Program-made: the position numbers and the translations under genes | Virus record (IMG/VR): IMGVR_UViG_3300042514_002937 | Location: 1 to 37,043 of that record | Source of the DNA: a virus | Taxonomy: Duplodnaviria; Caudoviricetes | Length of the DNA stretch: 37,043 nucleotides | Strand: one strand, 5' to 3' | Part shown: positions 15,401 through 24,816 of the stretch, in pieces | Layout of the letters: every line of letters begins with the position of its first letter | Position numbering within the stretch: the stretch's first letter is position 1 | Notes under the pieces: model-generated | What the model was told of the DNA's origin: nothing | Database searches by the model: none | What the model saw: the letters and a program-made list of their open reading frames with translations, nothing else

Positions 15401-17962
15401 TTACTCCTGATCGCTGAGTGAGCTGCGCTTGCTGATCTGGATGGCGCGCATGCGTTTGTCTACTTCCATGCCAACAAGGCGGGCGAGGGCTTGCTCGTCC
15501 ATACCCGCGCTGGGGTGCACGTGAATAGTGAAGCTGGGCGCGGCGCTGGCCATCGCTTGGCTTGTGCTTGCCGCGCTGAGGGGCGGGCGGTTATCCATGG
15601 CGATGGCACCGCTGCCCACTGTGGCGCTGAGTGCGATCGCACCTGCCTGGGTGAGGCGTTTGCCGATGCCGGTGAGGGCTTGCATGGGGCCACCCTCGCC
15701 ACCGCTTAAGCCCTGGGCGAGGCCTTGCATGGTGAAGTCGCCGAGCTGGGCGAACACGCGCGAGGGGCTGTGAATGCCGAGCTTTTCTTTGAACCAGCTG
15801 ATGGTGCTTTCACCGGCGCCGGTGATGGCATCTTTGGCGCGGCCTAGGTTGTTGGTGATGCCGTTGACCAGGCCGTCAATGAGCATGCCGCCGAAGTCGG
15901 TAAAGCGTGCGGGCATTTCTGCGCCGAAGTAATTCATCACGCCGGCAAAGGCGCGGTAGAACAGGCCCAGCGGCGAGAAATTGAGGAGGGTGGCGGCAAT
16001 GCCACCGAGGCCGCCGCTAAAGCCCTGTTTGATTTCAGCCCAGAGGCCGAGGAAGTAGGGGCCTACACGATCCCAGTTGGCGTAAATGAGGCTTGCAACT
16101 AAGGCTATGCCCGCGACAATCGCACCGATTGGATTCGCCATCGCAGCCACGCCCAATGCTCGTAAGCCTGTAACGACAAGAGGAAGTGCCTTTCGCCCTA
16201 GGTTGAACAGGGTACCGGCCAGGCCTGCGCCCCGGATGCCGAACAGCATCAGGCCGTAGCGCACCATGGCGAACGGGCCGAGGATGCTGGCCAAGGCCAA
16301 GGTGAGGCCACCCATGCCCGCCATGAGGATGCCTACGCCTGCAGCGGTTTTAACGATGTTGGCGGCGAGCTTGGGGTTTTCTGCAATCCAGCCTTTCACG
16401 CCACCGATGATGCCGGTGAGGCTCTGCGCGACTTCGCGCATGGGGCCGTTTTGTTGATCCTGCATTTGGATGCCGAGGTCTTCCCAGGCGCTGCCGAGTG
16501 CGGATAGGTCGCCGCGCAGGTTGTCGGCCATGACGCGTGAGGTGCGGCTGGCTTCGCCTTCGTAGTCCTTAACTACGTCGAGATACTTGGTCAGGCCGTC
16601 GGAGCCTGCCTGAGCAAGCAACTCAGCCATGCCAGCTGCTGGTTCTTCGCCAAATATGGCTTTGAGATAACCCAGCCGATCCCCGGTACCCATGTTCTCG
16701 GTGGCTTTGGCCACATCTGCGAGCACTGACGTTATGCCACGTACGTTACCTGCAGCATCTTTCGACTCAACGCCAAGCTTGGCCATCGCTTTGGCAGCGG
16801 GACCGGCGGGAGCTGCAAGGCGGAGCAACATGGCGCGCAGTGTGGTGCCCGCTTGCGATGACTGGATGCCCACATTACCGAGTAGCCCCGCCATGGCTGC
16901 AGCTTCTTCCAAACCCATGCCTGAAGCCCGCGCAACTGGGCCAACATACTTCATGGTTTCGCCAAGCATTTGCAGGTTGGTGTTGCTGGTGGTGAAGGCT
17001 TTGGTGAGCACGTCGCCCACTTTACCCATCTCGGTTGCTTGAAGACCAAAACCGCCGAGGATGTTGGAGGCGATATCGGCTGTCTGCGCCAGATCCATAT
17101 CACCGGCCTTGGCCAGATCGAGCATGCCGGGCATTGCGGCCTGTATGGCCTTGGGGTCGAAGCCTGCCATGCCGAGGAAGCCTTGGGCGTCGGCTGCCTG
17201 GCCTGCGGTGAACTGGGTGCTTGAGCCTAGCTGGCGCGCTTGGTCGCGCAGGGCTTGCAGTTGTGGGTCGTCTTTTTGCAGGCGGGTGAGGGCCTGCACT
17301 TTGCTCATGCTGGCGTCAAAGTCCAGCCCTGGAGCCATCATCTGCGCGCCGGCATACAGAATGCCGCTGCCGGTGGCCAAGCCTGCCGCGCCGGTACCGG
17401 CCATGCTGCCTGCCAGGCTCTGTGTGCGTTCGTATTGCTGTTTGGCGTTGGCCAGTGCCTTTTGCTGCGCGGTGACGCGCTTGAGGCGGTTTTCTTGCTG
17501 GGTGAGCGCTTGGTTGGTGGCGCTGATTTTGCTGCGCAGCTCGCGCTCATGCTGGCCGAGGTTGCGGGTGCTGATGCCAGCGGCGCTGAGTTTGCCGCGC
17601 AGGCCTTGCAGCTCGCGTTGTTGCTCGCTGTGCTTTTGCTTGAGGTTGGTGGCCTCGCGCACCGCGCGCTTGAACTCGGTGCTTAGCTGTTTGGTGGGGT
17701 TGGCGGTGTTGGCCAACTCCTGGGAGAGCTGGCGCACCTTGTCGCGGCTGGCTTGCAGGGCGCTGCCGGTTTTGTCGGCCTCGCCTTTAAGTGTGCGAAA
17801 ACTTGACACGTCGCGCTGCTGGCCTTGCAGGCCTTTGAGTTCAGCGCGGGTGTCTTTTAGCGAGCGGCCAAGGCCGACGCTGCTGTTGGCAATGGCGCGC
17901 AGGGGGCGGCTGGCGCGATCCAGCGCGGTTAGGCCAACCCGTAGCAGTAGATCACGCGCCAT
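15401..17962 (-). CDS. Tail tape measure protein (gpT)
   Basis: Coiled-coil N-terminus, TP901-type core, KLGIHSPSRVF; start MARDLLLRV. Confidence 0.93.
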   Translation of the reverse strand: MARDLLLRVGLTALDRASRPLRAIANSSVGLGRSLKDTRAELKGLQGQQRDVSSFRTLKGEADKTGSALQASRDKVRQLSQELANTANPTKQLSTEFKRAVREATNLKQKHSEQQRELQGLRGKLSAAGISTRNLGQHERELRSKISATNQALTQQENRLKRVTAQQKALANAKQQYERTQSLAGSMAGTGAAGLATGSGILYAGAQMMAPGLDFDASMSKVQALTRLQKDDPQLQALRDQARQLGSSTQFTAGQAADAQGFLGMAGFDPKAIQAAMPGMLDLAKAGDMDLAQTADIASNILGGFGLQATEMGKVGDVLTKAFTTSNTNLQMLGETMKYVGPVARASGMGLEEAAAMAGLLGNVGIQSSQAGTTLRAMLLRLAAPAGPAAKAMAKLGVESKDAAGNVRGITSVLADVAKATENMGTGDRLGYLKAIFGEEPAAGMAELLAQAGSDGLTKYLDVVKDYEGEASRTSRVMADNLRGDLSALGSAWEDLGIQMQDQQNGPMREVAQSLTGIIGGVKGWIAENPKLAANIVKTAAGVGILMAGMGGLTLALASILGPFAMVRYGLMLFGIRGAGLAGTLFNLGRKALPLVVTGLRALGVAAMANPIGAIVAGIALVASLIYANWDRVGPYFLGLWAEIKQGFSGGLGGIAATLLNFSPLGLFYRAFAGVMNYFGAEMPARFTDFGGMLIDGLVNGITNNLGRAKDAITGAGESTISWFKEKLGIHSPSRVFAQLGDFTMQGLAQGLSGGEGGPMQALTGIGKRLTQAGAIALSATVGSGAIAMDNRPPLSAASTSQAMASAAPSFTIHVHPSAGMDEQALARLVGMEVDKRMRAIQISKRSSLSDQE

Positions 17963-18074
17963 GCATGCGCTCCCATCGTTCGCGGGCGCGCTCGCGCCAT
18001 TCAATCAACTCGGTGAGGGTCATGGCATTCATTTGCTCCGGCCCCCAGTGGAAAACCATGGCGATATCGGCCAT
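17952..18074 (-). CDS. gpE' extension (-1 frameshift product of gpE)
   Basis: MADIAMVFHWGPEQMNAMTLTELIEWRERA; slippery TTTTTTG at 18128-18134 (minus strand). Confidence 0.85.
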   Translation of the reverse strand: MADIAMVFHWGPEQMNAMTLTELIEWRERARERWERMHGA

Positions 18075-18082
18075 GGCGTCGT

Positions 18083-18391
18083 CTATGCAGTGGGGGAACC
18101 CGGCTCCGTCGCGGCTTCCTTCTTCTGCAAAAAAGCGGCAATGGCATCCGCGCAGCCCAGCAGGTCGGCCGGTTCCAGGGCGGCGACTTCTTGCTCGGTG
18201 AGGGTGGGCTCGCTGATACGCGGTACCAGGCGGATGGTGGCGTTGACGTCGCCGTTGAGCAGGTCGAGCAGCTTGAGGCCGCGCAGTTCACCGGCAGCAG
18301 GCTTGCGCAGGCGCATGCTGGTGATGGTGTTTTCGCCACGCTTGATGGCTTCTTCCAGGGTGATCGGGTCGCTGTAGGCGGGTTGCTTCAT
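18083..18391 (-). CDS. Tail assembly chaperone gpE
   Basis: LRKPAAGELRGLKL; PRISEPTLT. Confidence 0.9.
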   Translation of the reverse strand: MKQPAYSDPITLEEAIKRGENTITSMRLRKPAAGELRGLKLLDLLNGDVNATIRLVPRISEPTLTEQEVAALEPADLLGCADAIAAFLQKKEAATEPGSPTA

Positions 18392-18423
18392 GGGTGTTCT
18401 CCTTGGGGTTTGCGGTGTTCTTG

Positions 18424-18464
18424 CCCTCTCCCCCGGCCCCTCTCCCGCAAGCGGGCGAGGGGAG
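18424..18464. repeat. BoxC-like pyrimidine/purine palindromic repeat
   Basis: CCCTCTCCCCCGGCCCCTCTCCCGCAAGCGGGCGAGGGGAG. Confidence 0.6.
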
Positions 18465-18480
18465 GTTTAGGGCGGTTGGG

Positions 18481-18996
18481 TTACAAGCCGATGGCGCGGC
18501 GGTGCTCGGCGAGCATGTCTTTGCCGTTGACGAAGAAGACGAAGTTGAGCAGGTCGATCTCGATTTCGACGTTGCCGTCGATGCTGAGCTTGTAATAGGT
18601 GCAGACGGTGGTGATCTTCTGCTCGGTGTCTTCGCCGGGTTTGGCGTCGCCGAAGTCGATCTCTTCATGGCGGCCACGGGCGACCACTTCCACGGCGCTG
18701 ACTTCGCCGGTGTCGTCGCGCTGGATGGAGCCAGCCCAGCGCAGCATGACGCCGTCGGCTTTGACCATGCCGTATTGGCGCAGCAGGGTTAGATCCCAGC
18801 CGCCCATGGTCCAGTCGAACTGGATGCCGTCGTCACCGTGGCCGAGGTCGACCTTGACGGGGCCGTCCATGCCGCCTGCGCGGAAGTCTTCCAGCTTGCG
18901 GCTGAGTTTGGGCAGCGTGACGCTGGGGCATTGGCCCACGTAGCTGACGCCGTCGTTGAACAGGTTCATGTTCTTGAGCTTTTTGGGCAGGGCCAT
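18481..18996 (-). CDS. Major tail tube protein FII
   Basis: MALPKKLKNMNLFNDG...EIDLLN. Confidence 0.95.
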   Translation of the reverse strand: MALPKKLKNMNLFNDGVSYVGQCPSVTLPKLSRKLEDFRAGGMDGPVKVDLGHGDDGIQFDWTMGGWDLTLLRQYGMVKADGVMLRWAGSIQRDDTGEVSAVEVVARGRHEEIDFGDAKPGEDTEQKITTVCTYYKLSIDGNVEIEIDLLNFVFFVNGKDMLAEHRRAIGL

Positions 18997-19054
18997 GGCT
19001 GGGCTCTCCTGGTGTTTGGTGCGGCGCGGCGGCTATGCCGCGCGGGGCAATGGG

Positions 19055-20245
19055 TTAGGCGTTGACGCGGCTGGCGAAGTCGACCAGGAAGCGGTCGGTG
19101 ATGCGCTGGCGTAGGGTGAGGTCTTCCAGGGGCGGCACGGGGGTGTAGTCGTAGTCGATGAACAGCTTGCCGGCCTTGAGGGTGTCCTTGTCGTTGGCGG
19201 CCTCGTCGTACCAGCACTCGCCGCCGATGAGGTAGCCCAGGCGGGTCAGCTCGCGCATTTTGGCGTTGATGCCTTCGACGATGTCGCGCACCAGGGACGG
19301 GTGCATGGGCTTGTCGACGGCCCAGAAGTGCGCCTCGGCCATGGTGTCGGCCAGCACCTGGGCGGTGCGGGTGTAGTTCTCAAAGGCAAACAGCGGGTCG
19401 GCGCTGCAGGTGCGCGAGCCCCAGAAGCGGAAGCCCTCGCGGCGGATCAGGGTGGTGACCTCGCCGGCGTTGAGCAGGCCTGCGTCGGTGGCTGGGTTTT
19501 GCAGGTCCCAGTACACGTCTTTGCTGAGGCCGGTGACGCCGTTGACCGGGACGTTGGACAGGGTTTTGTGCCAGCCCACTTGCTGGTCGAGCTTGGCGCG
19601 CAGGCCAAGGGCGCGGGCGACGGCAGCGGCGGGGGCATTGGCGCTGGCTACGGTGTCCCACGATACGAAGTCGGGCCAGATGAGCATCAGCTCACGCGCG
19701 CCGAAGTTCTCGCGGTAGGCCAAGGCCTCGGAGACCGTTTGCGCGCCAAAGCAGTTGGCGTAAGCAAAGCCGCGCAGCTTTTGGGCGATGGCCACCAGCT
19801 CGGTGGTGACGGCGTTGGTGTCCAGCCCTGGCACACCGAGGATGCGCGGTTTAACGCCCAGTTGGGCCTCGGCGGCGAGCAGGGCTTTCATGCCGGTGTA
19901 TTGGCCGCTGGCAGTTCCGCCCCCGATGAGTTTGGAGGTTTGGTCGGCTTGCTTGGCGGCATCGTCTGCGCCTACGCCGTCGGCCACGCGCACCACCACG
20001 GTGACGGGGCTGGCTTGGTCGGCGATGGCGTCCAGCGATTGCGCCAAGGTACCCAGCTCGCCGGCTTTGCCAGAGGCGCGCAGCACGTCGGTGAGCAGCA
20101 CCGGGGTGTTGAGTGGGAAGACCGTGGCGTCGGCATCGCTGCCGGTGCAGACCATGCCCACCACGGCGGTGGAAACTGTGCGGATGGGGCGGGTGCCTTC
20201 GTTGATTTCGAGGACTCGGACGCCGTGATGGTAATCAGTGGACAT
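19055..20245 (-). CDS. Tail sheath protein FI
   Basis: [35 protein letters not shown]. Confidence 0.95.
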   Translation of the reverse strand: MSTDYHHGVRVLEINEGTRPIRTVSTAVVGMVCTGSDADATVFPLNTPVLLTDVLRASGKAGELGTLAQSLDAIADQASPVTVVVRVADGVGADDAAKQADQTSKLIGGGTASGQYTGMKALLAAEAQLGVKPRILGVPGLDTNAVTTELVAIAQKLRGFAYANCFGAQTVSEALAYRENFGARELMLIWPDFVSWDTVASANAPAAAVARALGLRAKLDQQVGWHKTLSNVPVNGVTGLSKDVYWDLQNPATDAGLLNAGEVTTLIRREGFRFWGSRTCSADPLFAFENYTRTAQVLADTMAEAHFWAVDKPMHPSLVRDIVEGINAKMRELTRLGYLIGGECWYDEAANDKDTLKAGKLFIDYDYTPVPPLEDLTLRQRITDRFLVDFASRVNA

Positions 20246-20287
20246 TGTGTGGCTCCTGCTGGGCGCGGTGCAGATCAGTGAGCCTTG

Positions 20288-20347
20288 AGGGTGACGCGCG
20301 CGCGCGTATTGATACAGGCGCGGGCGTTGTTGGTGCGGGGCTGAAAA
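20288..20347 (-). promoter_or_regulatory. Late promoter pF (Ogr-type site)
   Basis: TTGT-N13-AAAA (20327-20347); (CG)6 tract 20 bp away; hexamer CACCCT 33 bp away. Confidence 0.65.
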
Positions 20348-20368
20348 CGTAAGGCCAGCGAGCAAAGA

Positions 20369-20449
20369 CACAAAAGCGCCGGGAGCGCTTTTGGACGTCG
20401 CTTGCGACGGCCCGAAGGGTGGCCGCCAGGGATGGCGAGCCACAAAAGC
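20369..20449. repeat. Four-hairpin palindromic element (RtT/tRNA-linked-repeat-like) flanked by 9-bp direct repeats
   Basis: CAAAAGCGC-CGGGA-GCGCTTTTG; CGTCGC-TT-GCGACG; CCC-GAA-GGG; CGCCA-GGGA-TGGCG; CACAAAAGC at 20369 and 20441. Confidence 0.6.
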
Positions 20450-20466
20450 CCCGGTGTGCGGGGCTT
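20444..20466 (-). terminator. Terminator of the baseplate/fibre operon
   Basis: Minus strand AAGCCCCG-CACAC-CGGGGCTTTT. Confidence 0.7.
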
Positions 20467-20501
20467 AAAAAGTGACCATTGTGAGCAGGTGCGCGGGATG
20501 G

Positions 20502-21077
20502 TCAGGCGTTGTTGCCGCTGCCCGCCACAGCGGCCTCGATGCTGGCGATGGTTTCGGCGGCGATGTCCTGGGCGTGCTCGATGTTGCCGGCAGCCATCGC
20601 AACGCGGATCAGCTCCTTGGCACCCAGGCGCACGGTACGCAGTTGCACCAGGGCGGCGTTGTACTGCGCCGCCTCGGCCAGAATGCTGTCGGCGGCTTGC
20701 TGGGGCGTGCGGCCATTGATGGCCCAGGCAGCAACCATGGGCGGCACCGCGCCCTGGTAGTCGGCAGCGGCAAAGGCTTGAGCCTCGGCGGCTGCGTTGG
20801 CGTACTCCACGGCGCGCAGCGGGTCGCCGGCTACGGCGCGGCGTGCGGCGTCGGCAGCTTGATCGACAGACCGGCAGAGGACTGCCTCTGTCGGGATAAA
20901 GGGCTCAGGTTCGCGTATAGCCGGCCCGCCTTGGTTGTCGGGGGTTAGGCGCTTGCCTTGAGCCAGCGCGTTCAGAAGCTCCGAATGGCGTGCCATGGTA
21001 ATGGCCGAACCGCCGTTGTTGTCGGTGGAAAAGGCGAAGCGCGCGTCAGCTTCGACCCATTGTGCGTAGATGGTCAT
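20502..21077 (-). CDS. Tail fibre assembly/chaperone protein
   Basis: Position after the fibre gene; VDQAADAARRAVAGDPLRAVEY motif of Pseudomonas tail chaperones. Confidence 0.75.
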   Translation of the reverse strand: MTIYAQWVEADARFAFSTDNNGGSAITMARHSELLNALAQGKRLTPDNQGGPAIREPEPFIPTEAVLCRSVDQAADAARRAVAGDPLRAVEYANAAAEAQAFAAADYQGAVPPMVAAWAINGRTPQQAADSILAEAAQYNAALVQLRTVRLGAKELIRVAMAAGNIEHAQDIAAETIASIEAAVAGSGNNA

Positions 21078-21084
21078 AAGAGCC

Positions 21085-22350
21085 TCACTTGCCGATGGTA
21101 ATGAAATCAATAGTGCCGGGAACATTCGCGCCCGCCATGCACTGGTTATCTAGGGTAAAGCCCGTGAGGGTTTTGTTTCTTGGTTGGGCGACGTTTCCAT
21201 TATCAACTCGCACACCCGTGTAACAGAGCGTAGCGGCCAAGGAATATGAGCTGGTGTAAGCAAGCGGAAGCGTGACATCTACAGAGCACTTCGCCCCAGC
21301 CTCGCCGCTCACGGTTACTGTTCCTCTTTGCAGAATCCATCCGCCCAGCCAAGTGGGTAGCTTTAGTGCCATGTAGGTGCTGGAAACGATCAGCGCGCCG
21401 TTGAACAGCTTCTTCGGAGTCACCGCGACATCATCCAGCGCCCCGGCACCAACCTCGGCCTGAGTGCCTACTCTCAAAAAACCATTTAACACTTCTGTAG
21501 CCTTCGCTATTGCCCCAATTGCTGCCTTAACAAAGGCCGTGCTGGCCGCCTGGGTGTTATCAGTGGCAAGTGCGGCAGTTGGCACGGTTGGCGTACCCGT
21601 AAACCCAGGCGAGGCCAAAGGTGCGGCGCCGAGCGTGGTGCGTGCAGCGGTTGCATCAGCATCATCGAGCAGGGTGCGCATAAAGGCTGACAGTGTGGTG
21701 GTGGCGAAGGTGTCCGCACCCGTGGCGTAGATCAGCTGGTTGGCCTTCGTCACTACACCGCCCAGCGCTGTCAACGTGGTATCCAACGGCTGCTTGCCGG
21801 CCAGTGCGTTGGTCATGGTGGCGGCAAAGTTGGGGTCGTCACCGAGAGCCGCCGCCAACTCGTTAAGGGTGTCCAAGGCCCCCGGCGAAGAGTCCAACAG
21901 GTTGGCAATGGCTGCCTGAAGAGCAGCCATGGTGGCCACCTGGGTGGTGTTGGTGCCCAGGGCTGCTGTAGGTGCAGTTGGCGTACCTGTGAACCCCGGC
22001 GAGGCCAGCGGAGCGGCCCCAAGGGTCGTGCGTGCAGCGGTTGCATCAGCATCATCGAGCAGGGTGCGGATAAAGGCTGACAGCGGGGTGGTGGCGAAGG
22101 TGTCCGCACCCGTGGCGTAGATCAGCTGGTTAGCGGCGGTCACCATGCCGGCCAGTGCCGTCAACGTAGCATCCAGCGGCTGCTTACCGGTGCCAAGTGC
22201 TTCCACTAGTACCTTGAGATAGAGCGTGCGGTTGGCCAGCTGTTTGGCCTGCAGGTTTGACAGGCCATCTGCGCCACCGACGACAGGATCAGTCAGCTCC
22301 AGCTGATAAATGCCGGCTTCCCAGCTATTGGCTTCGGTCAATGTAGCCAT
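21085..22350 (-). CDS. Tail fibre protein
   Basis: GIYQLELTDPVVGG...QLANRT N-terminus; APLASPGFTGTPT repeats; LDTLNELAAALGDDPNFA; LPTWLGGWILQ tip. Confidence 0.9.
   Translation of the reverse strand: MATLTEANSWEAGIYQLELTDPVVGGADGLSNLQAKQLANRTLYLKVLVEALGTGKQPLDATLTALAGMVTAANQLIYATGADTFATTPLSAFIRTLLDDADATAARTTLGAAPLASPGFTGTPTAPTAALGTNTTQVATMAALQAAIANLLDSSPGALDTLNELAAALGDDPNFAATMTNALAGKQPLDTTLTALGGVVTKANQLIYATGADTFATTTLSAFMRTLLDDADATAARTTLGAAPLASPGFTGTPTVPTAALATDNTQAASTAFVKAAIGAIAKATEVLNGFLRVGTQAEVGAGALDDVAVTPKKLFNGALIVSSTYMALKLPTWLGGWILQRGTVTVSGEAGAKCSVDVTLPLAYTSSYSLAATLCYTGVRVDNGNVAQPRNKTLTGFTLDNQCMAGANVPGTIDFITIGK
21587..22190. repeat. Internal ~214-bp direct repeat in the tail fibre gene (390-bp period)
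   Basis: 21587-21800 vs 21977-22190 nearly identical at DNA level. Confidence 0.9.
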
Positions 22351-22913
22351 TAGGCGACTCCATGGGTGTATGAGTTGTCGTAGCGGATGGCCCCGTCGTA
22401 AGCGTTGAGGGCCTGTTCAAAGTTGAGTGCCAGCAGGTGGCAGCGGGCAGGGGCGACCCAGGCGAGAATGCGGCGGACAGAGGCGGCCTGCTGGATGGTG
22501 ATGGGCTTGGCGATCAGGACGCTGTACTTCGCCCAGTTGCTCTCGCGGCCATAAAAGTGCAGGCCGTTGTAACGCTTGCTGCCGTCGTAGTAGCCCGCGT
22601 CGGCACCCTCGATAAGGGTGAAGCCGGTATCGCCAAAAATGGCAGCCAGGGCGCGGCGCACAGCGCCGATCGTGCCCTTGTGGCGGTGCACGTTGATGCT
22701 TGCGGCAATCACTGCCCGCTTTACGTCCTCACCCCAGGCAGGGTTCCACTCGTCGACCGAAAGCTCCCAGGCCAAGAATGGCAGCAGGTTGGCTGGGCAG
22801 GTGACTGGGTTACGCACATGCCGGGCAGGCGTTGGCAGGGAACTGATGCCTGCCCCAGTTGAAGCAACGGCCCGTTCAAGTGCGGATGCGTTCGGCGCCA
22901 GCAGATCAGACAT
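22350..22913 (-). CDS. Tail protein gpI
   Basis: LLAPNASALE; CPANLLPFLAWELSVDEW; HRHKGT. Confidence 0.9.
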   Translation of the reverse strand: MSDLLAPNASALERAVASTGAGISSLPTPARHVRNPVTCPANLLPFLAWELSVDEWNPAWGEDVKRAVIAASINVHRHKGTIGAVRRALAAIFGDTGFTLIEGADAGYYDGSKRYNGLHFYGRESNWAKYSVLIAKPITIQQAASVRRILAWVAPARCHLLALNFEQALNAYDGAIRYDNSYTHGVA

Positions 22914-23823
22914 CGCTGATGTCTCCGCTGATGGTGATGGCTGTGCAGTAAGCCGCCTGGGCACTGCTGATCACGATGTCTGCCGCTGGTGAGGTAAGCA
23001 GCACGTTTTGCACTCCCGGTTGATGCAAGGCGGCAAACAGACCAGAGCGGGTGATGTTGTAGCCAAGGCGGTGGTTGCCGGTGACGTAGGCCCGCACAGC
23101 TGCCTCGGCGGCAGCCTTGACCAGGGCCATATCAGGGCCGCTATAGAAGATCAGCTCCGCTGTTACCTGATAGGGCAGCACGGTGGCGGCGACTACCTGG
23201 ACGGTGTCGCAGAGCGGGCGCACGTCCTCGTCATTCAGGGCGGCATTAACGGTGGTCAGCAGCGCAGGAGCTGGTACGCCATCGGCCTGGATACTGAGTA
23301 CGGTGACGGTAACGACACCGGCGGTGTGGCTGGTGATGGAGACGTCTTTCACCTGGGCCGAGGCCGATAGGGCGTGGAAGGTATAGGCGCCAACAGGCCC
23401 TGCGGTGGAAAAGCCCTCCAGCGAAAGTTGAATGCGCTGCCGGTAGCGTTCGTCGGACTCGTACACCGCCGCAACGGGTGGGGTTGCTGCTGGATCGGCT
23501 TCAACCAAGACCAGGCGCTCGACATCCAGCAGGCCGCCGAGGTGGTCCAGGTCATTGCCTTTGGAGAAGGCCAGCATGCTGGCGCGGGTGGAGTCGTTGA
23601 TGCGTTGGCGCAGCAGGGTTTCTCTATATGCCTGCTCCTGGAGCAGCTTGTTGAGTGGCTCCGACTCCAGCTCCAGGGCAACGGCAATGCCTGGACGATC
23701 AGCCTCTGGATAGAGGCTCAGCAGTCGTGCTTTGCGCTCAGCGAGGATCTGTTCGTAGTCGATCAGCTCGACGACGTCTGGCGCGGGCAGAAGTGACAGG
23801 TCGATTGGGCTGAACTTGGTCAT
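22906..23823 (-). CDS. Baseplate wedge gpJ
   Basis: IDLSLLPAPDVVE; FSTAGP; VRPLCD. Confidence 0.93.
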   Translation of the reverse strand: MTKFSPIDLSLLPAPDVVELIDYEQILAERKARLLSLYPEADRPGIAVALELESEPLNKLLQEQAYRETLLRQRINDSTRASMLAFSKGNDLDHLGGLLDVERLVLVEADPAATPPVAAVYESDERYRQRIQLSLEGFSTAGPVGAYTFHALSASAQVKDVSITSHTAGVVTVTVLSIQADGVPAPALLTTVNAALNDEDVRPLCDTVQVVAATVLPYQVTAELIFYSGPDMALVKAAAEAAVRAYVTGNHRLGYNITRSGLFAALHQPGVQNVLLTSPAADIVISSAQAAYCTAITISGDISDV

Positions 23824-24173
23824 GCAATAGCTCCCAGGCTTAGCGGCACGCGCAGGTTGAGGGGCGCGTTGCTGTCGACCTCGGTGCCTTCCAGGTCGAG
23901 TACGGCTTGGCCGGGTTCATCACCCAGGAACAGTTGCACGCGGGTGAGGCGGATGCGCGGCTCCCAGCGCATGAGGGCCATGGCGGTGGCGGCGTAGGCC
24001 TGCAGGCGTGTGGCGGCGTTGGTGGGCCAGTCGATCAGATCCGGCAGTTGGCTGCCGTATTCGCGGCGCATGACGCGGGTGCCAATGGGCGTGGTGAGAA
24101 TGTCGGCCACCGACTGGGCCAAGTGGCCAGCAGCGGTGAGTGTGCGGCCGGTTTGGGCGTTCATTCCGGTCAT
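23820..24173 (-). CDS. Baseplate gpW/gp25
   Basis: DILTTPIGTRVMRREYGS; RWEPRI. Confidence 0.93.
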   Translation of the reverse strand: MTGMNAQTGRTLTAAGHLAQSVADILTTPIGTRVMRREYGSQLPDLIDWPTNAATRLQAYAATAMALMRWEPRIRLTRVQLFLGDEPGQAVLDLEGTEVDSNAPLNLRVPLSLGAIA

Positions 24174-24742
24174 GGCGCAGGCACTCCGGTCTGGCCGCTA
24201 CCTGGCATTACGCCGACATGGCGATGGTTGGCCAGGCTTATGCCGGCGGCAATCACGTCTTCGCTGACGGTGACGGTGCCGGTGACGTTCTGGGCGCCCT
24301 GCTGGGTGTAGTCGCCGATATGGTTGATCGGCCCGGTGATGTTGATACCGCCGGTGCTGGTGATATCGGTGATGCCGCCCTCGGGCAGGATGGCTCGCAG
24401 GCGGTGAGCGATGCTGTCGTATTCGATCACCGCGCCGTCGCGGTAGGTGCGGCGGTGCAGGGCTTCACGCTCGCCGTTGGCGGGGATGTGGTCGCTAAAA
24501 AGGCCGGTGATGGCCACGCCCTGGGCGAGGATGCCGGACGGGCTGAGCAGGATGACTTGCTCGCCTTCTGTGGGCGGGTCCCATTCGCGGTCGGCTCCGG
24601 CGCGCAGGGCGAGCCAAGGCAGCCAAGTGGTGGTGAGGGTGCCGGTTTTGACCTTTACGCGGGGCGGCTGCATCTGTACCGCTGCGACTGTACCGAAGCG
24701 GATGAGGTTTTCGAGCAGGCGGGCGAGGTCGGTGATGTTCAT
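24170..24742 (-). CDS. Baseplate spike gpV
   Basis: LENLIRFGTV; WLPW; C-terminal HxH (HRHVGV). Confidence 0.93.
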   Translation of the reverse strand: MNITDLARLLENLIRFGTVAAVQMQPPRVKVKTGTLTTTWLPWLALRAGADREWDPPTEGEQVILLSPSGILAQGVAITGLFSDHIPANGEREALHRRTYRDGAVIEYDSIAHRLRAILPEGGITDITSTGGINITGPINHIGDYTQQGAQNVTGTVTVSEDVIAAGISLANHRHVGVMPGSGQTGVPAP

Positions 24743-24749
24743 GCCGTTG

Positions 24750-24809
24750 ATGCTGCCCCGCGCGCGCGAGTGGCGCACGGCGCGGGGTTTGTCAGGGTGG
24801 GGCAAACAA
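24750..24809 (-). promoter_or_regulatory. Late promoter pV
   Basis: TTGT-N13-ACAA (24789-24809); (CG)5 tract; CAGCAT 7 nt before the gpV ATG. Confidence 0.75.
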
Positions 24810-24816
24810 CAGGCGG

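Noticed and set aside
17061-18377. 438-aa plus-strand ORF and similar antisense ORFs across the tail genes
   Set aside because: Ser/Arg/Ala-rich shadow translations of well-supported minus-strand genes
21587-22190. Fibre repeat considered as a DGR TR/VR pair or invertible segment
   Set aside because: No reverse transcriptase or invertase; repeats are direct, in frame, not at the C-terminus, and differences are not adenine-specific
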